64,000 nucleotides of DNA from Thelocarpon superellum (GCA_026025795.1 JAPEUG010000014.1:1-64000); one strand, 5' to 3'; shown: positions 52,819 through 64,000, counted from the stretch's first letter. Numbers and translations are program-made. Notes: generated by a model from the sequence alone, not told the origin.

Positions 52819-53064
52819 CACGGCTGGTCCCCGATAGCTGGATGCGAAAGTATGATCAACTGGCGTTCGCGTTTGGTGATACTCGGCGGATATTCACGGC
52901 TCGGTTATCCCCGGCGCTTGCCCCTCCACTCGTCGCTATGTACCGGTCTGTGACTGAGCAAAGAGACGCGCTCTGTGACGATGAAGCATGCAGCTAGGCG
53001 GAAGCAATTGCCATCGCCAACTGGCTAGGATATCGAGGTGCAATAGGGTTCCCAGGCCCAATTT

Positions 53065-53700
53065 CTAAACCCGTCGTATTACTCGAATTAATCGCTGAAT
53101 CGTCACATCGCGAAGGAAGTCAACCCTGGCTAGCCTCAGGGGCGTTATCAGTAGAAAGTCAAGGGCATATCCTTGTGGTCTAGCCAGCGCCAACGGGCCC
53201 GCGTCCACTACGGTCTGGGATTCGGGCCGCCTGGCTGACCCTTTCTTTCCCACGATGTTCGTCTCCTCAGACGCTTGATCCATTAAAGCACATCGACGGT
53301 CACATCAGTAAAGGATTCGGCAAGCATTTTTACTGATGAATACAAAAGGTCAATGCTTGACCAACATCTCTTCTCAAGACGGCGAGAAGGGGACGGGGTA
53401 AATTGTGGCCCACCATACTTGTTGCCCGATCTCGGTCCTGAGAGCAAATGAAGCATTTTGGGTGTTTGCTGCTCCGGTAAAATCACCAGAATTGCCAGAA
53501 ACCTAATGAGACGCAGCGGTAAGGAAAAGGCAGCGCTAAGGCGGTGAGGGCGGGGGAGGAAACGGCAGTGGATTTTTGATCTCCCACCGAGTTCAGTGCG
53601 GCGTCACCGGCGCTAGGGCGACCACAGTTGACGGGAGGCGCCTTGCGTAGCCGGGGCCCACACTCTCCGCCCACGCACACTCCTAGGCTCGGATTACAGA
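53065..53700 (-). ncRNA. Candidate long structured non-coding RNA (identity unresolved; see findings)
   Basis: More than ten complementary segments, several with G-U pairs only on the minus strand; perfect H-type pseudoknot at 53303-53359; no convincing ORF. Confidence 0.5.
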
Positions 53701-53956
53701 CCATATTGAAGGCTGCGCGGGCGTTGCAAATTACGAATCTAAGATATTTTTATCGGCAAAAGTAAAGTGACTGAAACACAGAGCTATGTTGGGAGTCGAT
53801 AAGTGGGGATGCTGGTTTTCTTGGTGGACGTGAGGCTTGCTTGTGATCAGTGGGTGCTGTTGTTGGCGTCGAGCTGACATATCAGACATGGAGGTGGAAC
53901 TTCATTGCGCAACAGAGGCATTCGTCAGGTATATTGCTGTCGCGATGCCAGTCTCT

Positions 53957-55072
53957 TTATGTTGGTTTACCCTCACCGCCAGCTCGGTGATGGTTGACAT
54001 CATAGCCACCACTGCTCTTCCACGCCGAAAGAATGAGGTTCACGATATGTTCCACGTTCTTCCCATTCTTCACCTGCGCGAAGATGGTAGGACCTCCTTC
54101 CCTGTTATCCCCGCACATGCCATGCGGTGGTCAGCCAAAGATCTTGAAGAGCAAGATAAAAGGGAAGCCACCACGCAGGAACGATGGGGAAGCCACCACG
54201 CAGGAACGATGGTTGAAGCATGTTGGCGGAGCCCAACTCACCGCATTCTCCGAGCGTCTCGATCCATGACGCCCAAGTCCGCACCGACGATCTCTGCGAG
54301 GTCTGTCTTATTGACGACGAGCAGGTCTGACTGGGTAATGCCAGGACCACCTTTGCGGGGAATCTTGTCGCCTCCACTGACATCAATCTATGCAAGTGTC
54401 CACGCATTAGCGTGATCTCGCCGGAGATGCGGGACAGATTTTGTACTCACGACATAGATGATGAAGTCGGCCAGCTCCCGCGAGTAGTTGGCCGCCAGAT
54501 TGTCGCCCCCACTCTCGATGAGGAGCATTTCCGTCTGAAACTCATGCTGCAGGTCCTCGAGCGCGGATAAATTGGCGGAGATGTCCTCTCGGACCGCCGC
54601 ATGGGGGCATCCGCCCGTCTCAATTGCTCGGATACGGGGCGCTGGGAGGGCCGCATGCTTCGTCAGGAACTCTGCGTCTTCCCTACATGCGCGGTTAGCA
54701 TGCTCCATTGGGGGGCCTCCATCTCGCCAAACCTTGTGAAGATGTCATTCGTGACCGCGGCGATTGAGTACTCGCTCCGTAAAGCCAGGCACAAGGCCAG
54801 CATCAGTGCTGTTTTCCCGGACCCGACTGGACTGTGGAGTTCGATCCATGTCAGCAGTAGTCCTCGTACACTTTTGCCATCAACGGTCCCCACACGCACC
54901 CACCTATGCCCACCGTAAATGCTCTTCTCTTCCAGTCCCGGCCCTGGATGATGGGCATCTCGCGACCCAAGTAAGCTCCTGGTCCATCGAGGATCTCGTG
55001 CGTGTGTCCGTGGTCTGCCGCGCCCGCATGGGCATGCGGGACGCCATCATGGGAATGGGCTTGGGCCAACAT
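53957..55072 (-). CDS. ureG: Urease accessory GTPase UreG
   Basis: His-rich N-terminus, [60 protein letters not shown]; four introns. Confidence 0.96.
54162..54211. repeat. Perfect 25-bp tandem duplication in the last ureG intron
   Basis: gggaagccaccacgcaggaacgatg x2. Confidence 0.95.
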
Positions 55073-55321
55073 GGTAATCAGCCAATAGCTGTGATATCCA
55101 CATTAGATGTATTGTGCGAATGTGGAGGCTGTCTAAACTTCATCCCTGCACTGGTAGAACACCAAAATAGAATGTAGCGGGGCACCGTTTCCTTGTACGC
55201 TCATCTCCTCGCTCTGCGATAAGACTCATGATCTCGACCAACCACGTCGCTTCCACCCATATAACGCCAACTCGAACGAGATTTAGTGAACTTGCAGACA
55301 AGCCACACCCCAAAAAAATAC

Positions 55322-55434
55322 CTCCCCCACCGGGAGTCGAACCCGGGGCGCGAGCGGGTGTTAACCTCTCGTCTAAGCCTAAGGCCTTGATTTGGTGCTG
55401 ACAAGCTCGAATGTTACCACTACACCATGGAGGA
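55322..55434 (-). tRNA. tRNA-Asp (anticodon GUC) with 42-nt intron (55357-55398)
   Basis: TCCTCCA TG GTGT AGTGGTA ACAT T CGAGC TTGTCA [intron] C GCTCG CGCC CCGGG TTCGACT CCCGG TGGGGGA G; followed by a T7 terminator; intron at canonical 37/38. Confidence 0.93.
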
Positions 55435-56231
55435 TGAAAGAGGGTGGAATAAAAGCAGTATATACCTGACGAGACGCTGGGATTTCACATTTCAAAATGT
55501 GACCGGCGGCCAGCCCTCCAACGATGCTCTGGCGAAATTGACCAGACGCAAGCAGCCTCGGTAGCAAAGCGCGCACACGTAGATGAGTATTGAAGTGCCG
55601 ACGAGGGACAGAGGTTTGACAGAAGCAGTAGGTCATGAGAGGATGAGTACGCCTAGAGACATTGGTTGTATTCGTCCCACGGATGCAGGAGCCCTGCTGT
55701 GCCTCTTGTTCATCATGCATCAAGGTTGTTGCCTGCGCGGGACCCCGCCCGACTACAAATTCACAACGCCGCGGTGAAATGAGATCCCCCCGACTATTGT
55801 AGCCGCCAGCGGAGCGAACGTACCACTCCGCTTTTCAGCATGAAGCTCAGACGCACAGAGTATGCGACGAGTAGCAAGAAAGAGATTGTTCTAATGCCAG
55901 GGCCATCGCTAGCCACAGGCAGTCAGGACCGGTCGTTGCGGGGTGCTGGGTGCTAGGTGCTGCTGGACGCTGGGCCGAGTCTAATGCACGTCTGACATGG
56001 GTTCTCGATTAACTAGCGAGAGGGACCGGTACCGGGGAGCGATCGACAAAAAGTGGCGGAGAGCTACAGTTTACATTTGGCGGTGTGTGGATGGATGACT
56101 CTTCGATTCTTTAACTGTGTCGTAATCCAAGTTCCCTTGTCCATCATTCTTCAGAACTTCAGAAGCCCCCAGACAAACGAGCTGACGCTGGCTTACTTCA
56201 AACACTCTTCTTCCATCAAACCTGCGACGAC

Positions 56232-58859
56232 ATGGAAGACCTCAGGGCAGTCTTCGCACAATGCAAGAAAGAACAACGGGTGGGGCCCTCTTCATTCCTG
56301 TGGAGATGGTGGCAAAGACTGAGAGGTTGTTAGTCTGCATTTGTGACCTACGTGACAGCGGGGTATCCCACCGTCGAGGAAACGGTGCAGATATTGTTAG
56401 GCATGGAAGCTGGCGGGGCAGGTACGATGGAAAGACATCTCACGTCTCGCTCAATGGACGCTCATGGAATGACGGGATGGACAGACATAATTGAGTTGGG
56501 ATTACCATTTACAGACCCTATCGCCGATGGACCAGCCATACAGAAGTCAAACACGGTATGTCACCAGACGTCGTACGCAGACCAGGGGCTCACGCCGCGA
56601 CAGGTGGCGTTGCGCAATGGCGTTACGGTCGCGTCGGTGCTCGACATGGTTCGTGAAGCACGCCACAAGGGCCTGAGAGCGCCTGTTATCTTCATGGGAT
56701 ACTACAATCCCGTCTTGAGCTACGGCGAGGAGCGATTGATCCAGGATGCGCGAGAAGCCGGGGTGAATGGTTTCATCCTCGTCGATTTGCCCCCAGAGGA
56801 AGCGGTGCGGCTGCGAAACTACTGCACCAAGGGAGGGTAATTACCTCAGACCGAGAGTCAAGCGGGTCTAGGGTGGATACTGACCACCGCAGGCTCTCTT
56901 ACGTCCCGCTGGTGGCACCATCTACCTCAGAGCCGCGTCTCAAGCTACTTTGCAAGATCGCCGACTCCTTCATCTACGTGGTGTCGCGCATGGGCGTGAC
57001 AGGAGCGAGCGGAACCCTCAACCCCGCCCTCCCGGCCTTAGTGAATCGAGTACATGAGTACTCTGGCAATACGCCCGCGGCGGTGGGATTTGGCGTCAGC
57101 ACTCGGGCACATTTCGAGACCGTGGCCAACGTCGCCGAAGGCGTGGTGATTGGCAGTGCCATCGTGAACGTCCTGACCGAGGCCCCAGCGGGACAGGGAG
57201 CCCAGAAGGTGCAAGAATACTGCGCGAATATCTGCGGACGGAATGGCTCCGATGGAGTCCAATGGAAGAGTCCATCCAATGGACAGCCGCAGTCGAATGG
57301 TGTGACCGTGGACCAGGTGGTGGGAAAAGGCGAGCATGGAAACGAGCCTGGACTAGCCGACCAGATGGACGCGCTGAATGGAAACGGCGAGGCAGATCCC
57401 GCGGCCATCCCATCGCGCTTTGGGGAGTTCGGAGGTCAGTATGTACCGGAGTCGCTCATGGATTGTCTGGCCGAGCTCGAGGCGGGCTTCAACCAGGCCA
57501 AGAATGATCCCAAGTTCTGGGAGGAGTTTCGGTCATACTACCCCTACATGGGTCGACCCAGTCAATTGCATCTGGCCAATCGACTCACCGAGCACGCCGG
57601 GGGCGCCAACATCTGGCTCAAACGAGAAGACCTCAACCATACGGGCAGCCACAAGATCAACAACGCCCTGGGCCAGATCCTGCTGGCGCGCCGACTGGGA
57701 AAAACCGAGATCATTGCCGAAACAGGAGCGGGACAACATGGGGTGGCAACGGCGACAGTATGTGCCAAATTTGGGATGAAGTGTACCATCTACATGGGGG
57801 CGGCATGTATAATGATCCCTTTTCCGCTGCTTGAAGCTAATTTCGAGCAGGAAGACGTCCGACGGCAAGGATTGAATGTGTTCCGAATCAAGTTGCTGGG
57901 GGCCAAGGTGATTGCGGTCGAAGCGGGGACGAAGACGTTACGAGATGCGGTGAACGAGGTACGACCCCTGCGCATCATGGACGCCAGTTGCTGATGTATC
58001 TCAAGGCCATGCGCGCCTGGGTAGTCGATCTATCCACCACGCATTACATCATTGGCTCGGCCATCGGGCCCCACCCGTTCCCCACCATTGTGCGGACGTT
58101 TCAGTCGGTCATCGGCAACGAGACCAAGGAGCAGATGATAGCGGAGATCGGAAAGCTGCCCGATGCGGTGGTGGCTTGTGTCGGTGGTGGGAGTAACGCC
58201 ACTGGCATGTTCTACCCCTTTTCTAAGGATCCTACGGTAAAGCTCCTGGGGGTGGAAGCTGGTGGAGATGGTAAGGTTCCGGCTGCTGTACTAGTATGGT
58301 CACCCGTTGACGGCGAGTGCTAGGTCTTGATACGGCGCGACATGGGGCCAGTCTGACGGCAGGCTCCAAAGGCGTGCTCCACGGCGTGCGAACGTACATC
58401 CTGCAGAACGAGCACGGCCAAATCTCTGATACACACTCGGTAGGTGCTCTCGAAGAGCCTTGGGTATGATGTCCGCTCACGTTACATCATGACAGGTCTC
58501 GGCCGGGCTCGACTATCCCGGCGTGGGCCCGGAGATGTCGTCCTGGAAAGACAGTGACCGCGCACAATTCGTGGCGGCCACCGACGCCGAGGCGTTCATC
58601 GGCTTCCGCACCATCGCGCAATTAGAAGGCATCATTCCCGCGCTGGAGACGTCACACGCCGTCTATGGCGCCATGGAGCTGGCGAAGACCATGGGCAAGG
58701 GAACGGACATTGTCATCTGTCTGAGCGGGAGAGGGGACAAGGACGTGCAGAGTGTAGCCGACGAGCTGCCTAAATTGGGTCCGCAGATTGGGTGGGATCT
58801 GCGATGTGAGTTGATCCAACCGACCGCACCGTTGTCCATTACTGACCCGGACAGTTTGA
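56232..58859 (+). CDS. TRP5: Bifunctional tryptophan synthase (alpha-beta fusion)
   Basis: [87 protein letters not shown], ends GWDLR F*; many short introns. Confidence 0.97.
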
Positions 58860-59075
58860 TCTATGACGCGGCCATAAATGTACAAGACAGATACAAGTTT
58901 ACCAGAAGACCCACACCGCCACCGAAGCCCGTAATCCATGCACCGTTGTCTCGTTCCAGAACCGTGACAAAGCGCGAGGGACAAGTGCGACGAATGATCG
59001 TCGACGCCTCATTCGATATGTGTGAGGAGTAAAAATGAGTTTACTCCACCCTGTAGACGCCTCGCCATGCAATGC

Positions 59076-59612
59076 TCAGAAGTCTGTCACGCGACCATTA
59101 TAACTCCAGTCCCCGCCGCCGCCCCACCGGAGCGGCTCATTCTTCGGGCCACCGACCTCTCCCGTCTTGGGATTCACCTCGCCCTCAAATTCGGGCTTGG
59201 CACCTCGACGGATGTCCGGATGTAGTTCCTCGCCTTGGCCCGTGGCCGACACCCGCGCATCGATCCTGGAAAGCGTTTCAGAGGTCATGGCGTCTCCGTC
59301 CGTGGCTCCATCGTCTAGTGTCTTGCTCGACGGGCCCGCTTGAGGGACAAGCTGAGCCCGGGCCGCGGAAGAAGGCTGATTTACTACGACCACCGGCCTC
59401 GGTGTACTGAACGCGCCAGTGGATGCTTTTTGCAGCTTCTCGAACACGCGTTGTTCTTCTGCAGGGAGACGGGGGGGGGCGGGCGTGGGCCGGAGGGGCA
59501 ACTGTGCAGCCCGAGGAGAAGCGATGTGTAAAAGACGTAGAGACGAAGGCTGGCGGCGACAGCATGCAGCGACGGACAGTCCGCGAGGAGCTGTGGGTCT
59601 GAAGAGAGCCAT
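59076..59612 (-). CDS. SDH8: Succinate dehydrogenase assembly factor 4 (Sdh8/SDHAF4)
   Basis: Mitochondrial-type presequence; PPRLPAEEQRVFE; EFEGEVNPKTGEVGGPKNEPLRWG...DWSYNGRVTDF. Confidence 0.92.
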   Translation of the reverse strand: MALFRPTAPRGLSVAACCRRQPSSLRLLHIASPRAAQLPLRPTPAPPRLPAEEQRVFEKLQKASTGAFSTPRPVVVVNQPSSAARAQLVPQAGPSSKTLDDGATDGDAMTSETLSRIDARVSATGQGEELHPDIRRGAKPEFEGEVNPKTGEVGGPKNEPLRWGGGGDWSYNGRVTDF

Positions 59613-59767
59613 GGAGTGGATTGGGAGGTGTGAGAGTGAGTGGCGTTGAAAGTGGCGAGGAGAATCGTAGCAGCGGTCAAGGGCTCCAGATGTATGGAGT
59701 AACGGGGCGCCTCCAGGTCGGTGGCGATCCTTCTACATGCGGGACGAGTTACATAACTTTCGCACTT

Positions 59768-59857
59768 GGAGTCAAGCTCCGCCAGACGTAATCGATCGGA
59801 TGTCCGAGCCGACGACTCATACGAGTAGAACTTTTCTCAACGACCGAAACTGAGTCA
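59768..59857. promoter_or_regulatory. CpcA/Cpc-1/Gcn4 response elements upstream of ARG8
   Basis: Perfect TGAGTCA at 59851-59857, plus near-matches GGAGTCA (59768-59774) and CGACTCA (59813-59819). Confidence 0.6.
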
Positions 59858-59925
59858 CCGCGTCGTTCCTTGTCCCCTCGTCAAGTGCGAGCGGTTCATG
59901 CCCAAGGGGATGACCACGGCTCAAG

Positions 59926-61467
59926 ATGGCATCGAGACTACTTATCCGAAGAGTCTCCATGGCCACAGATCTCACGATAGCAGCCAATGTTGGGGCAAGC
60001 TGGAAGCGGAGATATACTTCACTGGCCGCGGCGGCCGCGGGTTCAAGTCTAGCCGACGACGTGCAAAATGCAATTAGGGTAAAGGCCACACCTTCTGACG
60101 TCTGATTCTCCACTAAGACTCTTGAGTAGAGAGAAGCGTCACTTCCGACCCCCGATCCGCCGGAAGATTCACCAACGGCGGCTTTGGTCGGCCAGCAAAT
60201 GCAGTACATGGTCCGCACCTATGTACGGCCGCCACCGATGTTTGTCAAAGGAGAGGGCTGTTGGTTATGGGATGTGGAGAATCGCCAATATCTCGACTTC
60301 ACATCAGGAATTGCCGTGAATGCCCTGGGACATTGTGACCCAGAGATGGGTCGATTGCTGGCGCAACAGGTATCACCGTCCGCGCAGATGGCGAGGATCT
60401 CGCTAATGAACAAGGCCAAAACACTCATCCATACGTCGAATCTCTACCACAACCCATGGACGGGCACCTTGTCGAAACTGTTGGTAGAGAAGACGCGAGA
60501 GGCCGGCGGCATGTCGACGGCAAGCCGCGTCTTCATCTGCAACAGCGGCAGCGAAGCCAATGAAGCCGCGTTGAAGTTCGCCCGCAAAGTCGGCAAGGAG
60601 CTGGAGCCGAATGGAAGCAAGCACGAGATTGTCTCCTTTACCAATTCCTTCCACGGCCGGACTTTTGGGTCTCTCTCTGCCACTCCGAACCCCAAGTATC
60701 AAGCCCCCTTTGCGCCGATGCTTCCAGGATTCCGATACGGGAAGTACAACGACGTGGACGACGCCCGGCTCTCGGATCTGATCACCCCCCAAACCTGCGG
60801 CGTGATTGTAGAACCGATCCAGGGGGAAGGCGGAGTGAACGTCGCCACCTCCGCTTTCCTGTCGGCCCTCCGCGCCCGCTGCACCGCCGTCGGCGCCGTG
60901 CTCATCTACGACGAGATCCAGAGCGGACTCGCGCGAACCGGGCAACTCTGGGCGCACCAACTCGCCCCGGCCTCCACGCACCCCGACATCCTCACGACGG
61001 CCAAGGCGCTCGGCAACGGCTACCCGATCGGCGCGACCATCGTGTCGGAAGCGGTGGCCTCGCACATTGCCACCGGCGACCACGGCACCACCTTTGGCGG
61101 CAACCCGCTCGGTTCTCGGCTGGCGCACTACATCGTCACGCGGCTCAGCGAGCCAGAGCTCCAGGCCTCAGTGCGGCGCAAATCCGCGCTGATCCGGTCC
61201 CACATTGCCTCGTTGCGCGCCACTTACCCGGACCTCATCACCGCAGACGTGCGCGGCGCAGGGCTCCTGCTCGGCGTCCAACTCAGCCACGACCCCGCCC
61301 TACTCCTCACCGCCGCTCGCGAACGCGGCCTCCTCCTCATCACATGCGGCGTCAACACCCTGCGTCTCGTCCCACCCCTCATCATCTCCGAGGAGGAAAT
61401 CGAAACCGCCATGGCCATCTTGAAGGAGAGCATGCGTGTTGTTTTTGGAGAGGGAAGCACGGCGTGA
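59926..61467 (+). CDS. ARG8: Mitochondrial acetylornithine aminotransferase
   Basis: YLDFTSGIAVNALGH, NSGSEANEAALKFAR, SFHGRT, VEPIQGEGG, DEIQSGLARTG, AKALGNG, HGTTFGGNP; two introns (second 60370-60414). Confidence 0.96.
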
Positions 61468-61616
61468 CACCGCCTTGATGCTCTAGAGTATAGGCGGCAA
61501 CGCCACAGTGAATGAGCAATGAATGAATGAATGAATGAATGGTATAGACATCTGTGGATCGCACGGATACAGACGGGAGTAAGTACTGATATCTATCCAC
61601 TGTGGACCACCCCACC

Positions 61617-63915
61617 TCACCGGTCCTCTTCGTCCGCGGGGTGCACGGTCGACATGCCCATCAGCCCGCCCGCTAGACCCTTCATGCGGCGGCCCAGCAG
61701 GTCGTCTTCGCTAGTTGCGCCGCCGCCTCCTCCCTCTCCTCGGCCCCGACCTCGTCCGCCGTTTTCCTTGGCGCCGCTCGTCAGACTGCCGCTGCTCTTC
61801 TCGCGGTGTGAGTCGTCATCCTCCTCCTCCTCCTCCTCTTCTTCCTCGTCCTCTTCGTTCTCTTCGCCCTCCTTCCTACGTGTCCCGTTCGGCCGACCGT
61901 GAGAGTGACCGCGCCGCTTATATCGCTGCGACGCATGGCCCCCCGCCTGGCCGTTGGCCGCGCTGCCCGTCGAAGAGGATATCATGCTCATTTCCAGCGG
62001 GCGGTCTTCGTCGCCTGAGCTCTCGGTGCCGGGGGTCGCGAGCGGCGCGGACGACTGCGCGGTGCGGCGCCGGGCGCTGGCGGCGGCGGCGCCCGTGTCG
62101 CGCGCGAAGAGCTCTTCGGCCCAGCGCGCACAGCGGAAGATGTAGCGCCATCCTTCGGGAAAGACGCCGACGAATTGCAGGAAGCCGTGCGAGATGCCGG
62201 GGATGAGGAGCACTTCGACGTGGTCCCGCTCTTCGAAGCTGTGCCCGCGTCGACTGTACCCCTCCGGTGGCAGGCCGAGCTCGCGGCGCTCCCGCCACCG
62301 CGTATAGTGCGCTTGCCGGAGCCGGCCGGCGAAGATGACGGTGTCGTCGACGAGAGGGTCCCGCTCGCCTGTCAGGAAGCAGGTCTTGGGGAAGCGCGAG
62401 AGGAGGCCTTCGGGCGCCAGGAGCGGACAGAGCAGGTAGTCGGTGCTGAAGTCCGGTCGATTGTATGGCCCCACGTACAGGATGATCATGGCTCGCATCA
62501 TTTCGGGCGTGAGGATCCGGTCGTTGAAGTACGAGATCATGCTGCTGGTCGCCAGGCGCGTCTTGACTCGTTGAGGCGCCGATGTGGTGGGAGGAGGGAG
62601 GGCGGGCGGTGGGAGAGTGGCCAAGGTGGGCGGTGCCTGGGCGACGTTCAGCGCGGTGTTTTCCACTGCCCGCTGCGGTGGCGTGGCGTCTTCTTCGTCG
62701 TCGGAATGGTGCGGCGTGCCCGGGGCGAGCTTGTTGTAGACCTCACTCTTGCGACGGAGCACGTTGCGGTTCGTCTTGCGCATCCGTCGGTCCTTGATGA
62801 GTGACATTTGCTCGTCCGTCATCCAGTTGCCAATGTTCATGTCGAGCGACGGGTACATCAGCACCAGTCCCTCGGGCACCGGCAAGCTCTCTGCCCCTCG
62901 CCCGCCGTGCGAGACAGCGTCGGCTGATTGAATGATCATGAGCACCATGCCGGCCGCAAGATTGCCACCCGCGCTGTCCCCAGACACCACGATCCGTGGC
63001 TGCGTCTCCCCCGACAGTCCGATACACCGTCCTTTCGTGGCGATCAAGGTGTGGTAGACGTCATAGCACTCGTTCAGTGCATATGGGTAGGGATACTCCG
63101 GAGCCTTGCGGTAGTCGAGGCTGAGCACGGGCAGACCGGTCTTGCCGGCCCAGGCCAGAAGCTTATCCTCGTGATTGCGCGGGCTCATGGCGACATAGCC
63201 ACCGCCGGGGACGTCGAGGATCATCTTGGTGTGCTGCTGCAACGCCGACAAGGGTCCGTCAAAGTACAGCCAGCCCGCGACCGGGTCCTTGTACGACGAC
63301 TCGGCAGGTCGGGGGATCCGAATGGCTCGCGGCGGGTATCGGGCCAGGCGAGGGCGAAGGATGCGGCCGAGAAGGTCCAGATATGGCGTGGTCGACTTGT
63401 TCCACGACACCCGAACATGATCGACCGTCAAGGTAGACCGGATCTTGCGCACCTTGTCGTCGGCTTGCTCGGCGGCGAAGAGGTAGTAGACGGAGAAGAT
63501 GACGGACGCAAGGTCGCGGATCCACTTCTGGCGAATGCGCATGGCCGACCAGAAGCCCGCGTCGAGCGCCGTCGTCACCCATGTGGCGCGAAAGTACGAG
63601 CGGCTGTAGAGATTCGCCAGTGGTTCGGGGCATTCCAGACCCACGAGCTTGCCAAAGTTCCGCGCGATGTAGAGCCAGAGGAGGGTGACGACGAGCTGCT
63701 GCCAGGCGGTCAGCCGAGGAGAAAGCCGGCGTGAGAGTGCGCGGATGAAGGGCGGGCCATTCTTGTTGCCACTGTGCTCGTCAGCATGGACCAGCGAGGC
63801 AACGCTCAGGAGCATGACGGTACCGGAGCAGATACAACGACCAAAATGACACCACGGCCAATACCTGGATCTTCCGGAACTGGACCGACGGTCGGCCCAG
63901 GACGTGGTCGATCAT
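61617..63915 (-). CDS. Hormone-sensitive-lipase-like alpha/beta hydrolase (Abhydrolase_3)
   Basis: MIDHVLGRPSVQFRKIQV...R|GNKNGPP, PGGGYV, DYRKAPEYPYP, catalytic GDSAGG, GERDPLVDD, SHGF. Confidence 0.9.
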
Positions 63916-64000
63916 GGTCGCCGAGATCCTGTCGCGAATCGGATCTGGCCGATGTGCGTGGGCGTCGAGGAAATGGGAACTCGGCTTCAGAAAACGAGAC

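Noticed and set aside
53044..53072. AACCCTA (minus strand) or CTAAACCC (plus strand) as a canonical telomerase template
   Set aside because: Too short, and on the wrong side or strand relative to the pseudoknot and G-U polarity
53041..53700. RNase P/MRP, SRP or U5 identity for the structured segment
   Set aside because: Partial look-alikes exist (GAAAGTC, CTGTAAT, GCCTTTT, GAACTCGGTG), but I could not build a P4 helix, an SRP helix 8 or a U5 loop I with an Sm site; needs cmscan

Overview
Gene-dense, GC-rich eukaryotic DNA from a filamentous ascomycete (Pezizomycotina-type genes, short GT-AG introns with CTRAC branch points). I can support about 28 intron-containing or single-exon protein-coding genes, nearly all housekeeping: CLIP-170/Bik1, Env7 kinase, PTH11-like receptor, DPP5, eIF4A, F-box/JmjC, Ctr copper transporter, BNA1, FAHD1-like, Glu-AdT small subunit, TSR1, UTP7, PtaB/Mfg1, Bit61/HbrB, GON7, VPS39, PHO91-type, DPH1, Fig1/SUR7-like, VMA2, HMG-CoA lyase, UreG, TRP5, SDH8, ARG8, an HSL-family lipase and two unknowns. 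There are also two tRNA genes (Glu-UUC, and Asp-GUC with an intron) and several micro- and minisatellites. No CRISPR array, intact transposon or biosynthetic cluster is visible. The most striking unexplained element is an ~640-nt intergenic segment (53065-53700) between ureG and HMG-CoA lyase. It folds by eye into many helices whose G-U pairs favour the minus strand, and includes a perfect H-type pseudoknot and a multiway junction. It is a candidate unannotated long ncRNA with a telomerase-RNA-like domain order but no canonical TTAGGG template. Other leads are possible non-AUG N-terminal extensions (PHO91, FAHD1), a GC-AG intron, structured introns and a 53-bp minisatellite. All calls come from motif recognition and manual reading; no searches or folding programs were run.
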